Below are positions 26,201 through 37,400 of a stretch of 64,000 bases of DNA, piece after piece. Under the pieces are notes generated by a model. That model saw only the letters and a program-made list of their open reading frames with translations. It ran no database searches and was not told the origin of the DNA. The translations under genes and the position numbers were made by a program. Position 1 is the stretch's first letter. Each line of letters begins with the position of its first letter. This stretch comes from Phoronis australis (lineage: Eukaryota; Animalia; Phoronida). The stretch covers positions 78,467 to 142,466 of the forward strand of contig NMRA01000648.1 of NCBI GenBank assembly GCA_002633005.1. Reading direction: 5' to 3'.

Positions 26201-28959
26201 TTAAAGCCCCATACAGTGCAGTTGTGCTTATTCTTTATGAAGCTGAAATGATTACCAAATACGCTAATTTTTGCGAATTGTCATTTTCCTGTTGACCTAT
26301 AGAAATGTGCAGCGATCAAAATGAAGTACCGCGGTATTCTCTTTGTTTGCGTTTGATTTGTTTGTGTGTGTAATTATTTTTAGACCTTTCTTAAGAAGGC
26401 CTTTGAAAAATTTTAAGTTTTGTGTTAACTTGTTTATGAACAAAAGTTCCACATGCAAGAAAAGTATGTTTTTAATTGCAGGTAGCTGGATAAAAACTTG
26501 CTATGCACAAGATTCGAGAATAATTATCAGTGCATTTAAAAACAAAATGACAAACTGAATAACCACATAAATACAAAGAAACAACATTGTTAAAAACTAT
26601 TATAATTTCCCCAATGCAAGGGAGTCCATAATCAGCTATATCAAGGGCTGAATTTCTGAATTAGGTTCAATTCTCTCAGGTTATTGTTGAAGGATTGCTT
26701 TTCACTTTGTCCAAAGGTAAAATAGACGGTCAGGAGGCAGGTTTCAGTCGTTTTCTCTCACCTGTAACAAAATAATCAGAGAAATATTAGCAAATTATAA
26801 AACAAAACGCAAGACAAAACTACTTTGGTAAGGCAGAACATGCTTGAAGTTTCATCTTCATGTTTATATGTAGAAACTAATAATCTTTGTACCCAAGTCT
26901 TATTTAAGATCTGAATTAAAATATGTGAAACAGGCTAAACGTGATTTAACAATGTCTTGTTTCATTACATCTAAAATGTGCTTCTGATCTCAACAAGTAA
27001 AATTCATTCTAGGTGTCAAATTTTAGTCCAATGCAATATGTTACGACATTTACTGAATAGCTTATTCATGTTAATTCGGTAACTAATCTGGTAGTCCCGA
27101 GGGCGGGGTCCGCTTCAAAATAAGGAAACTCACTCATCTAGAGAATTTTATTGGACATGGCATAGCTTTGAAGAGAAACTGCTGTAAAGAAGCCACCCTT
27201 GACTTCTGAGCGTCACGTAGCAAACACCGCTTATATTGGGCGAACTCCCATCCAGGACAATATGGGAAAATGTGCTGCTAACCTTCCCGGCATCCGAGTC
27301 CCGGGTGCATTTCCGAAAAGAAACACTTAGTTGCACTCAATAAAACCGTTATTCAGTGGGGTAACTGTTGGGGATAACATCACCGAACGATGTCGATAGA
27401 AATTAATTGCTAAAAACTTACCTAGTAACGTTATGTAGTCTCCCAAATGCATAGAGCACACACGGGGCTTCGGCATCCACACCTTTTGTCAGTTAGTTGA
27501 CCCTTTTGACCAATATGTAGTAACCTTAGGTCTTTTGGGAATTTGTGGCCACCTGTCGAAGACTTGCACCGGGGAAAATAGCAATAATAAGGCTTTGCGC
27601 GACGACTTATTTTCATAAAAATTCCGTCTTTTCACCAGCTGTTTACATGCAGACATCGACGCATGCGCAATTCAATCGCCTCTAGCACAGCAGCGACACC
27701 GCGAGTAGAATTCTCCGAATAGCCCCATTGGCGACAACGAAGCATGAATAAAATAAACAAAAAATGAACAGAATTACACGCATTTATCTCAGACTACACT
27801 TCAACAGATGTTGTTTTTTGTCACATATATCGTTTTTTACGTGAGTGTGTTCTTCTTTTGTATTTGGGCACTGACCCTCAACTTCCCCGGCTTTTTAACC
27901 AAATTACCGCCTCACTCGCATGTAGTTCCAGAGTTCGGGCATCATGTCCACTAGCACAATACTCTGATAATATCTACATTCTTCTTTGCAACCGGTTATC
28001 AGGGTTTCAAAGCAGATTTGTCAATTTAATTAGGAAATCGAGTTTTGTACGACTCACTTTATTGGCTGTAAAACCGTACGAGTCCCTTTATGATAATACT
28101 CAACAATACTGAAATCATGACGTTTAATGGGTTGGCTTGCTTTTCTCACGCGATTCATAGGAAAAACGAATAACGACTTACAGTATTGATCAAAACTAAG
28201 GTCTTTACTGGTAAACGGGTTAGTTATTTTAAACTTACACCAGGAAATATATTTTGAATCATTCCCTTTAATGCCAACAAAATTACAAAACAATAAGCAA
28301 GAACACAAAGAGCAACATTAACAATGATAGCAACAAGAACCACAACAACAACATTTATAAATTATTTCCTCCAGTATGCAATGAATACAGAATCTTTTGT
28401 GAAGCTTCTTACCTCACTATTGTAGATCGGAAGAACCTTGTATGGATTGACTGTGACTAACACGTCACCGATGAAAGTCTGGAAATTTAAACGGTGGCAC
28501 ATAGTCATAGATAGTGTAACATGGTGTTTCTGTCTGCTTTGATGCACAACTAAATCACATGTTGGCACGCATCCATTTTACCTACTAGATTTTGCTCTTT
28601 TGAGCATTTCATGGTCTCGCGTGCAGGACGTTGAATAAAATGTAACTGAATATTTAAGAAAATTAGGGACATTGGATTTTCAGCAGCGATTGTGAAATAA
28701 AAGCATACCTTAAGCTATTTGAAAAAGCAATAGGGAAACGATTACCCACACAGAACGCTGCAGAAAATAGTATCCTTTACGATATAAGAATTGTATTATG
28801 CAAAAGGAGGCAATTTTTTTCACTCACGTAGTATTTTGTTTTCTCATATCGTCGTTTCAGATAGTCTAGAATGATATTCGCATCAAGGACTTCAAGTGTT
28901 GACAGGTCGTCTGGTTCGGACCGTTGGATTCGGCTACTGGCTGCTTCACGACTTTTCAT
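431..28959 (-). CDS. CHS: Myosin-motor-domain chitin synthase, 5' part (19 coding exons; 3' end outside the window)
   Basis: Hand-spliced exons: 28828-28959, 28413-28478, 16453-16680, 15531-15645, 14549-14699, 13955-14075, 13616-13733, 12983-13187, 12101-12329, 11637-11798, 11235-11497, 10059-10128, 9375-9580, 7745-7856, 5265-5420, 4124-4584, 3414-3612, 1811-1966, 431-1563. All introns are GT..AG with matching phases and there are no in-frame stops. Myosin motifs are followed by chitin-synthase N-terminal motifs ([40 protein letters not shown]). Confidence 0.93.
1811..1966 (-). CDS. Exon 18: chitin synthase TM region
   Basis: [18 protein letters not shown]...FGSMPFP; CAG acceptor and GTAAGT donor. 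Confidence 0.9.
3414..3612 (-). CDS. Exon 17: chitin synthase N-terminus, first TM helices
   Basis: ETWDVFQ...[29 protein letters not shown], typical of the start of metazoan CHS. Confidence 0.92.
4124..4584 (-). CDS. Exon 16: charged, low-complexity linker
   Basis: TAG acceptor directly before ATG AAA GAA; donor CA|GTAGGT; E/R/K-rich start and acidic end. Confidence 0.87.
5265..5420 (-). CDS. Exon 15: end of motor plus IQ motif
   Basis: VFLK...[15 protein letters not shown] matches [IF]QxxxRGxxxR. Confidence 0.92.
7745..7856 (-). CDS. Exon 14: converter
   Basis: YGPIG...[19 protein letters not shown]; TAG acceptor and GTAAAC donor. Confidence 0.88.
9375..9580 (-). CDS. Exon 13: SH1/SH2 region
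   Basis: [10 protein letters not shown]...FVRCIKPN...[18 protein letters not shown]. Confidence 0.95.
10059..10128 (-). CDS. Exon 12: end of loop 2
   Basis: [23 protein letters not shown]; phase 2/0. Confidence 0.87.
10306..10348 (+). repeat. (CAA)n microsatellite
   Basis: Directly visible. Confidence 0.95.
11235..11497 (-). CDS. Exon 11: includes loop 2
   Basis: [16 protein letters not shown] followed by a basic insert; donor GTAAGA. Confidence 0.85.
11637..11798 (-). CDS. Exon 10: myosin head
   Basis: [19 protein letters not shown]...FRIRHYAGQ; CAG acceptor and GTGAGC donor. Confidence 0.94.
12101..12329 (-). CDS. Exon 9: switch II and relay helix
   Basis: [32 protein letters not shown]; AAG acceptor and GTAAGT donor. 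Confidence 0.94.
12983..13187 (-). CDS. Exon 8: myosin head
   Basis: [26 protein letters not shown]. Confidence 0.94.
13616..13733 (-). CDS. Exon 7: myosin head
   Basis: [20 protein letters not shown]; CAG acceptor and GTAAGA donor. Confidence 0.92.
13802..13880 (+). repeat. (GAY)n degenerate microsatellite
   Basis: Directly visible. Confidence 0.8.
13955..14075 (-). CDS. Exon 6: myosin head
   Basis: [14 protein letters not shown]...[10 protein letters not shown]; TAG acceptor and GTAAAT donor; phase 2/0. Confidence 0.85.
14113..14320 (+). repeat. (TAT/TAC)n microsatellite
   Basis: Directly visible; source of the spurious poly-Asn ORF. Confidence 0.95.
14549..14699 (-). CDS. Exon 5: myosin head
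   Basis: [29 protein letters not shown]; phase 1/2. Confidence 0.93.
15531..15645 (-). CDS. Exon 4: switch I
   Basis: [24 protein letters not shown]; TAG acceptor and GTAAAG donor; not in the ORF track. Confidence 0.95.
16453..16680 (-). CDS. Exon 3: myosin P-loop
   Basis: PHVF...[19 protein letters not shown]; CAG acceptor and GTGGGT donor. Confidence 0.95.
17364..17518 (+). mobile_element. Family A ~150-bp MITE-like element
   Basis: TIR CGTTCAGTAACGCTAGGACCT...AGGTCCTAGCGTTACTGAACG. Confidence 0.85.
17852..17903. repeat. Near-perfect 52-bp palindrome
   Basis: ACTAATGAAACATCTGAAAAAACAA-A-TTGTTTTTTTCAGATGTTTCATTAGT. Confidence 0.9.
18048..18203 (+). repeat. 18-bp minisatellite (ACACATATGTACGAATAT) x ~8.6
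   Basis: Perfect tandem copies. Confidence 0.97.
18595..18693 (-). mobile_element. Family A, degenerate partial copy
   Basis: AAAATACACGGCAATATCTCGCGTAAT...GCGAGGTCC core. Confidence 0.6.
19460..19660 (+). repeat. Cluster of TACCCA(T/C)TTGGTA repeats
   Basis: About seven copies, three of them at 17-bp spacing. Confidence 0.75.
20761..20924. repeat. ~165-bp imperfect palindrome (foldback element)
   Basis: Nested complementary blocks: ATAGATTATTACATG/CATGTAATAATCTAT, AGTCGTTATCCC/GGGATAACGACT, TTATCTAGAGCC/GGCTCTAGATAA, TGGATTTTG/CAAAATCCA. Confidence 0.88.
21460..21529 (+). pseudogene. tRNA-derived sequence (pseudo-tRNA or SINE head)
   Basis: A-box-like GTGTAGTGGT and B box GGTTCGAATCC. 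GCTGAG/CTCGGT can pair as an acceptor stem, but the anticodon and T stems are mismatched. Confidence 0.6.
23545..23721 (+). pseudogene. YqaJ/lambda-exonuclease-like remnant
   Basis: [34 protein letters not shown]...VGEDSL resembles HG..YE..A...Y....V..CGL.V...SPDG; contains a stop. Confidence 0.5.
26700..27616 (-). pseudogene. THAP zinc-finger remnant (transposase N-terminus)
   Basis: CYFPRC...HKFPKD, then frameshifted VCSMHL, donor GTAAGT at 27421 and acceptor CAG at 26762, giving [15 protein letters not shown] (THAP LK..AVP box with a stop). Confidence 0.72.
28413..28478 (-). CDS. Exon 2: [22 protein letters not shown]
   Basis: Canonical myosin T-x-x-G-x-x-L-x-x-V-N-P-Y motif; CAG acceptor and GTAAGA donor; phase 0/0. 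Confidence 0.92.
28828..28959 (-). CDS. Exon 1: start of myosin head (MKSRE...[28 protein letters not shown])
   Basis: ATG at 28959 and donor GTGAGT at 28827. A TTTCAG acceptor 6 nt upstream of the ATG suggests a further upstream exon. Confidence 0.85.
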
Positions 28960-29965
28960 AACTCGCTGAAACACGGACAAAGAACCACTGGTTGGATGGT
29001 AATGATTCACCAGAAGGGTATACATTGACATCGAGGCTCCTTTTTCCAAACCATAATAATGTGACACGCTTGATTTCGTTTTGGGTTGCGTTTTGTTTTT
29101 CACAAGTTCCATTTTTTAAAACTGAACGCTTTGTTGATTCCTGAAAGTTCATGTACCAGAGTGAAACAAGACTTTTTGTTTACTATGTTTCTCACTCCCG
29201 CTCGATCGTAGTGCTTCATCACATAAATAGAGGTCGCTTAGAACATTCTGATCCCTAATTCCCGTTTATGCTTTTCCATGTTTTAACTCTATTCTCTCAG
29301 ACTGCTCTTTCTTTGTTTTTGTTGTGAGGTGTGTTTTGGTTTGCAAAGTAATTAGCAAAAATTTGAAAATAACGCGACAGTATACCTTCAAGCTACACAA
29401 ATATACTTGCTTAACCAAAACACGTGCGTTCGAACAGGGCATGTGTATATATTAGGCCTACTTGCTTACTAAGTCGTAATTAGGTATTTTGCCAAGTATT
29501 ATGTTGTTACGAAGTAGTGTCATGGGATATTTCTGTCATTGCAACTTAGTTATTTCTCTTGCCGCATTCCAGTCGAGCAGTGACTGTTTCCATGGTAATT
29601 ACCGAGGCTCGTGGTGGTCATTTGTTATTACGCCTGTATTCAATTTTCGCTTGCGTGCACCGAGTTGAAACAAGCAATTGCAATGTCACTACTACGCCTC
29701 CTGAAGCTAGATTGGTGAAAAATATACTCATGGTTAGCCTTGTTAGCCTTATTGAAACTTTCAGTGATACGTTTTGTATCAAGGTGAGATCATACAAATG
29801 AGTCATTACATACAGGTATCTCAGTTTCAGAGACACGTTTTAATTCAACGCAATGCAAAGCAACAACCATGTTGAAAATCTAACAAATTTAATCTTGTTT
29901 AAACAAGTCACATTTAGACCCTTATTACCCCATGGTTTTACAAAATTGTGACTATTTTCTTTTTC

Positions 29966-30353
29966 CGGGGTCGGTCTGATGTTTCCCTGTCCCTATATTC
30001 CCCGTCCCAATGTTCCTCCTACTTGTTAATTCAATTTCTGCGTTTAAGAATGGTATTTTGATGCACCTTAGGTGCATAACCGTAGGCGCATGCGCCGAAA
30101 CAGTAACGAAAAAACATTTACTTGATTATATCACGGTTTTCAGCATAGGATCTATCTTCAATTTTAATTAGCAATAGATTGTATAATCAAAACAAAGAAC
30201 TTGATTTCCGATACATTGAAAATATGGAAAGGGCCGGGGGATAATCGGGACGGGGGAGCATAGGGCCGTGCGAACATAGGAACGAGGGAAAAATCAATTG
30301 GGGGAATGTAAGGACAGAGGAATACAAGGACAGGAAACAGAGGCACGGACCCC
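29966..30353. mobile_element. MITE-like element with short subterminal repeats
   Basis: Ends GGGGTCGGT / ACGGACCCC; pyrimidine-rich repeats on the left are mirrored by AGGAC/GGGAC repeats on the right. Confidence 0.5.
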
Positions 30354-30374
30354 TGTTTGTAAAGCTCTACGTAT

Positions 30375-30978
30375 CATGCGCGCACCCAGGGGGGCTCCGG
30401 GGACTCGAACGAGCCCCCCCCCCCNNNNNNNNNNNNNNNNNNNNNNNNNNNNNNNNNNNNNNNNNNNNNNNNNNNNNNNNNNNNNNNNNNNNNNNNNNNN
30501 NNNNNNNNNNNNNNNNNNNNNNNNNNNNNNNNNNNNNNNNNNNNNNNNNNNNNNNNNNNNNNNNNNNNNNNNNNNNNNNNNNNNNNNNNNNNNNNNNNNN
30601 NNNNNNNNNNNNNNNNNNNNNNNNNNNNNNNNNNNNNNNNNNNNNNNNNNNNNNNNNNNNNNNNNNNNNNNNNNNNNNNNNNNNNNNNNNNNNNNNNNNN
30701 NNNNNNNNNNNNNNNNNNNNNNNNNNNNNNNNNNNNNNNNNNNNNNNNNNNNNNNNNNNNNNNNNNNNNNNNNNNNNNNNNNNNNNNNNNNNNNNNNNNN
30801 NNNNNNNNNNNNNNNNNNNNNNNNNNNNNNNNNNNNNNNNNNNNNNNNNNNNNNNNNNNNNNNNNNNNNNNNNNNNNNNNNNNNNNNNNNNNNNNNNNNN
30901 NNNNNNNNNNNNNNNNNNNNNNTCGCCAGAAATTCGAGCCCCCCCCCCCCCATATCTCAAAGGCTGGGTGCGCGCATG
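30375..30978 (+). mobile_element. Family B MITE (spans an N gap)
   Basis: Perfect 15-bp TIR CATGCGCGCACCCAG...CTGGGTGCGCGCATG. Confidence 0.78.
30425..30922. other. Assembly gap
   Basis: N run. Confidence 1.
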
Positions 30979-33900
30979 CATATTCCAAAGGTACTTTGCC
31001 TTTGGAATTTTCACTCAAGTATTTTCGATGAATGCATAAATCAGATACGGGAGGGCTTACGTATCTGGCTCTTTGCGTTTTGAACGCAAACAACTCCGCT
31101 CCAACATTGTATCTGTACCAAGTGATAGTATTGAACAGTCATAGGCTTGCGGAACTTTGATTTAAAAACGTCGCAGTGAAGATGCATTATGGCAGATTAG
31201 AGGAGTGAGTGAGTTTGATTTTTGAACGGTATAACAAACTATGTCGTTTTTGTCTGATTCACAGAAATGCTAGTTGGCGTCCTTTAAATTCAATTACACC
31301 TTTTTGTTTTTGCTCTTTTAATTTTGCTTTGACTACAAAAACAAATAATAATTCTTGAAAATAAACGCATCTTATTTGAAATCTCAAGCGTTGTGTTATA
31401 TAACGAAGAGGGTACTGCGAAAAATGGTTTTGTTGAGATTGGTGGGACAAAACGCTCATTATGCGCAACATAGTTTTGTGGCCTTCAAAGTCGGGGGTGG
31501 TTTGAGCACCTACTCTTCCATTGGTGTCTGAACTTCTTTTCATACGAACACTAAAAGGCCGACTATTGAAATTTGGGGGTCATTGGAGAGAACTGTGACA
31601 CTAACTATCGCGGCAGGAAATGATGACCAGTGAAAACTGAGGACGAGAGAAGGGAAATTGGTTATACGACGGAAAAGAAACTGCCCCCTCAAAATGATTT
31701 TTACATTTTGACGGTTTGGACTATTGCGTATAAGGTCCCCAATTCTGTTTGTCAACAGTTCAAATTCCAGTTAGGGAGACAGGCCATCATTTTCCAAGAA
31801 ACTAGTTATTCTTCACAAACACCCGTTTTCCCAAACATGATTATTATAATAGTCAATTTTTTACAGAAACTCCAAATAAATAGATGGCTTATTTATGCAG
31901 CCTGCGTTTCCGTCATCGAGACTGTGACACTGGTGTGATTGGCAGCACGATCAAAACTTTGTGCCATACTGGAAGGGTCAATAACAGTTTCCTGGAACGG
32001 GACCAACGTGAACTGATTAGGTCAGTGAGCAAAACTTCGTTAAGGTCAAAACAAGAGGGACACAAATGGGCAGTAAAATGTCGTAACGGTTGTTGACAAA
32101 CATCAAATCGAATAATGACACTGCCAAATTCGAGATCAACACGACATCTTGTTCCAAGAAGAAAAATTCAACTAAGTGTTTTAACTCGGATTTGGGACAT
32201 GTCATAAAGGTTTTGCCAAGAGGTAGTTACTCTGGTAGAGATCTGAGCGAGGTCTTAAACCTTCCGGGAGATGTGGTCTGTTTGTCAGGTGGGTCATGCG
32301 ATCTCGTCGTTTTCTTTATTCGTCTAAAAATAGGTATCTCCAGCTATGCCTCAGGAAATCGTGTCCTTTAAATTTCAGATGATTAAAATTGAACTGTATG
32401 TTTCATTTACTGGGTACCTTTGTTATGGTTCTGTTTCTTAAAATATCTTTTTAAGAGGGTTCGCCAAAGTTTTAATGCAGCTTGACGTTTTTTCAATTTG
32501 CGTATTTTGTATTTTGGTCTTTGTCTACTACAAATCTGCAAAAATGTGGGGATCTCCGAATTAATTTTCCGTTACAACCACCTAAACGAAGATACCTCTG
32601 GCAAAAACGAGAAATTTACATGAGCTACTGAAAAGTAACATCTAATTATACAAATACTTTAATTCTTTTGAGAATGGTTTAATTTCGTTGAACAAGGTTA
32701 GTGTTATATTCTAAGGACTTGAATTATACTTCCTGGTTTACTGGTCGGCGTAAGTTAACTTATGTCCAGATTCTAAAGACCTCAAATTTTAGCGTTTTGG
32801 CTTCTATACTGAAAGTTACACCCTTATTTTTTCTTTTATTCTTCATTCTGATGTCCATCGTGTTTTGTATCAAATAAGAAAAAGTGGGGATTATCGACTT
32901 CGTTTTGAGCTATTTTAGCTCAAACAACGTCATTAAAAATGTCCTATTGAACCTTCTCGAAAGCGAATCAATTTGAAGAGCACGATTATCCCACTGGATT
33001 TCAATAGATGGCGATTATGTTATGTTGTTAGGATTGTGAAATAGGTTTAGCTGATGTGAACAGACGTTTTGCCGTTAATAAATTTAAATTTGCCGTTTGA
33101 ATTAAGTCACACCAACGTCTGCACTTGTGTTTACCAATTGTTTAATGTGACGTCATCATGAACTTTGATGTCACGCACTAACATTAAACGCTAAAATAAA
33201 AAAACAACATCAACAACAAATCATCATTTAGCAAACTGTGTCGAAACTTTTAAAAACGTATTTTTAACCCATACGAATACTATTACATTTTTCATGAAAC
33301 CTATATGTTTACGAAAACAACAATAACAATAAATATTTCATTTTCACGCCGAGCGCGAAACTTCGAAATTCTGTCCTATCTTTATTCAAAAATGTTTAAC
33401 ATTCGAACATTTAAAACTACGATTCTTTACTACGGCAACTGCTAAAACTAATACCATGCGTAATAAAAGGAATATCACTCGATTCTTAGATAAGACAGTT
33501 ATCTAAATTCGTTTTTACAATTTGATCATCGTTGTCATTTTTTCCAGTAGCGGCCCCCAATGCCAGTGTGTACATAAAACTGCACCTCTGGTTGTACTTA
33601 GTACCTAGTCTACATTCTTAACTGTGATACCCCGAGGGTATCTCAAGTAGTTGCTTTTGAAAACAATACTGAAACAACAAGGAGCACGCAAGCGTTTTTT
33701 CATTCAGCGTCAAAAGTAAAAGTGCTATTTACTTAGTGGATGAAATGGAATGTTTGAGGGGGAGTCAATATGAATTGACGTGTTTGGCACACCGGGTTTA
33801 GAGCCGTACGCAGAGTTAGGGTGTGTCTCCCAAATGGCACTAAGCCACTCGACCAGTTAATGGTGCTACGATTTCTCAACTGGACTCAGAGACTGTGGCC

Positions 33901-34262
33901 ATCTTTGAGGCCCTAAAAATGAACACCTTTTTCCATTTTATTTTCAAGAAATTTTGTAGTTGCATTCCAACATTCTTTGGATTGCTTACTGGACTACTGC
34001 ATAAAAGGCAATGATTTATAAAATGCTGTATTGTAGTATTCCAAATGATCAATTTGTTTTCAAAGTTTTTAAAACATTTAAGTTTTTTTGTTCTGTGACA
34101 CCAAGCTTGGCGCATAAAATGACACATCGTGAAAAGTCAACTCGAAAGATCTCAAGAGATAACAATCTGTCTGTTCTTCGGAAGCCCGGAAATCATCTCC
34201 AAGCTGACAAAGGAACAATTTGAGACTAATTTCGTAAAGTTTAAATGAAAAGCCTGGGTAGA

Positions 34263-34402
34263 GTTCAGTAACGCTAGGACCTCGCAAAAAAGCAAAACCT
34301 CGCGAGATTACGTGAGATATTGTTGTGTATTTTATACGAGAACGCGTGACTTTGGCTAAAGTTTAACGAGGTCCTAGAGTAGGTCTTAGCGCTGCTACTA
34401 AA
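34263..34402 (+). mobile_element. Family A copy
   Basis: GTTCAGTAACGCTAGGACCTCGC... with the same internal core. Confidence 0.82.
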
Positions 34403-37400
34403 TTATACCCGGGTTTTGTGGTGGGTGACCTTTTGACCTTGAAGAACGTGACTAGATGACGCCATTGTTGGTTTACTGTGATAATCCAGTCTATGGAATA
34501 ATATACAAAAACCTTTTACTTTGCCGTAAATACAAGACAAGTGTCAAAAGTCAATAGGTGTTAAGTCAAACCCCCCTTGAATACCGTGCACTTTAAGACA
34601 AATGGAATGACATGTATCGTTACTTGAGCCAGTTATATTGAAATAAATCACATGTTTGTACGATATTTGCTAAACCTAAAAAGTTACCTAGCAGTGAACG
34701 CCAACAGATTTTAGAAATTGCCCACTCAAGACATACAAAATGAAACTACGTTTGAATCCAGGTACGAAAAGTGTAATAGAGAGAAAGAGAAGTAGAGAGA
34801 AAAAGAGAAGGAGAGAGAGAGAAAATTTACCTTGGACGAATTTCTTCTTTCCAGGAATTTTTTCAATTTAGACTTTCGTGAAGCCCACATTTTGGCCAAA
34901 CTTGTAGTATTCTTATACTAGAAAAATAATCCTGACTGATATCACGTCACTTCTCTGGCCCATTGTCACGTAGACTGCATAAGGAAATTGGTGCGGCGTT
35001 TGGCTGCGTTGTACTTGTTAAAGGCATTTTTTTCTAGAATCTATTGTGCGTGTGTGTTTGAACAAAAGAAAATTCCTGCTCCTTGGCCAATTCAGGTACG
35101 CTGTTTTTCATTGGCTCTTTCAATCATTTCCTTGTTCAAGGTATCGAAAATTGTGGTGCTTTTTAACGAGACATTATCAGCGAGAAAAGTAATATTCTTA
35201 GATCATCCTAGGTGCGGTATGCGAACCTGCAATCCCCGAGTTCGCTGTCTAACCCTCTGTTGGTGTGGGAATATGTAAATCCCAAATAATTGACAGAGTT
35301 TTTTCAGCGTATTTTAAGCAATATTTAGCATTGCTTAGCCAGTGGTGGATCTAGGATATCGCAAAGGGGAGCCCAACATTTTGTCTGTAATCATTTGCTG
35401 CAAGCACGATTGTAGATGTGCATAGCACCGAATGGGGGGAGATCCAAATCTTATATAAACATTGAAGATGCAATTTCAAAAAAATTGTCTCAGTTTCCTA
35501 TTTTGCCCTTACGTTTCATGAAAGTTCTCAAAACTAACAATTTTGGAAAACGTAGGATACAAATTCAATTTTTTAAAAAGGCTTTCCAAACGAGTTTCAA
35601 TAAGGGCGCACAGATTACAATTTCTGAGAATTTTACACAATTACTAAGCCCTTTTTGAGATTTCCGAAAAATGTGAGGTTATCATCTCAAAGCAAATATT
35701 TATGGGAATGTTCCGCTTGGAATCAAGAAGCGAAATGTTCGTTGTCTCTTCTTCATCATTTTTGGTGTGTTTCTCCACGGGCTACTGGGCTAACTAGGAA
35801 CCATAATCATTTACATTATATTATATTATATTATATTGTATTATATTATTAACGCACGTCATTGACGAGACTTCAACGAAATATAATCTGTCCGAAATAG
35901 TCCTTGTACTCCTTTCAGTTTCGATTTGATATGTTTTGCTACAAAAGTGGCAGGTGTAGTTTTGTCTCAAAAATTTTTATACTACCGTTTGCTGAAATAT
36001 TATTACTATCAGATATGCTATGCGTACAGACTGTCGTAGATTTCGTTTGTCTGAATTTACCACTTAAGTCAGTCATTTTATTGTATAACTTGGTGCCGTA
36101 GGGATATGGAACAGGTAAAAAGCCTCATACTCACTTACACTGTACATCACGTCATCATGATTATGCGGACAATTCCCTCGTAAAGTATTTTCAGTGGGTT
36201 TCATGTTGAAGCCCGCAAAACCGGAATGCAGTCACAGAGTTTGTGCGTTTGTTTGATAATGTTGCTATTTATTTCCTTTTGGAAAATTTCCGAGCTTTGT
36301 TTATCCACCGGTGTATTCAATCACATAAATGCAACTTGCAGGAACAGGAGTGGAACCTTTTGTGAACTATAGGCCTGTACACATCACTGGTCAGCCTTAA
36401 TTTTCATTTTCAATATAGTATTGTTTATAGTTGCCAGTTTGTGTTCAAGAGCACAAACATATACAACTAACATCCTATTGAAACTACGAGGAAACAAAAC
36501 ACAATGGAACAACCTAGGCAATTCTTTGAAGTAAACTCAGCAAGCGGCTGAACAGAACAATTCACTTTTGTCACGTTTTCAAAGGAAATGCTTCCCCAAA
36601 CAACAATTGCACAAACCGATAATACACAACCCTGAAAGACTATTTTCTTAGGATCGTGTAGGCCTATTTTGTGTTTGCATTGTTCCGTTTGCAATTTATG
36701 GAAAACGATATCACATATTTTATGCCGGATTATGCGGCTGGTCGTGTTTTGAGTGAACATAAAATCGGTGGAATGTTTAGAAGTAGTCTATGACTGCTAT
36801 TCTCTTTTCTGGAAATTCCTTCAGATCCTCGTTTTATTTTGTGGGTATAGTAGATTGTCAAGGTATGTACCAGGTCCGTACAAAAGGAAATGAAAATTCA
36901 TTTTATCTTGATTATTAGACACTTTACTTCTAGGTTTTTTGACACGAGACAGGATAATTACTTCACTCTGCCTGATGCTATAAGTTAAAGATGAGTTATA
37001 ACTTTGAAAGTCTGGCCTGTCATTATTCTTCGGGGTAAGGATGTTTGAGAAACACAAACAATCCGAAAATCGGTTAACTGGTTTCAAAGAAATAGGCAAC
37101 TAACGTCTAGTTGCAACGGCTCGCTATAAAAATAACAGAGTGGATTTGCAAACTGATTTTTCTGCTGAAAGTTTTTGTCGTTTTCTTGTTGTAAGTATGT
37201 AACATGGAACAAACGTTTTTCTTTGGAAGTAAGCTAACTTGATAAGGAATGAAATTATGTTACTTTTGGTGCGGAATAGCTGTAATGACAATGTTGTGTC
37301 GTGTCAAAGCTGTTGTTTCATGCAAATCAATCTTGCAAAAGCCCTTGAATTGTTTCAAACGCAATGCCGATTTGGGATCTAATCTCTGTACTCGATTTTT

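Larger units (their letters stand above)
21928..27726. mobile_element. Decayed ISL2EU-type (PIF/Harbinger-related) DNA transposon in intron 2
   Basis: TIRs GGGGCTATTCGGA(A/G)AATT (17/18 match), flanked by AT on both sides. THAP remnant on the minus strand and YqaJ-like remnant on the plus strand. Confidence 0.78.

Noticed and set aside
30294-31093. Long ORFs
   Set aside because: Artefacts of reading through the N gap.
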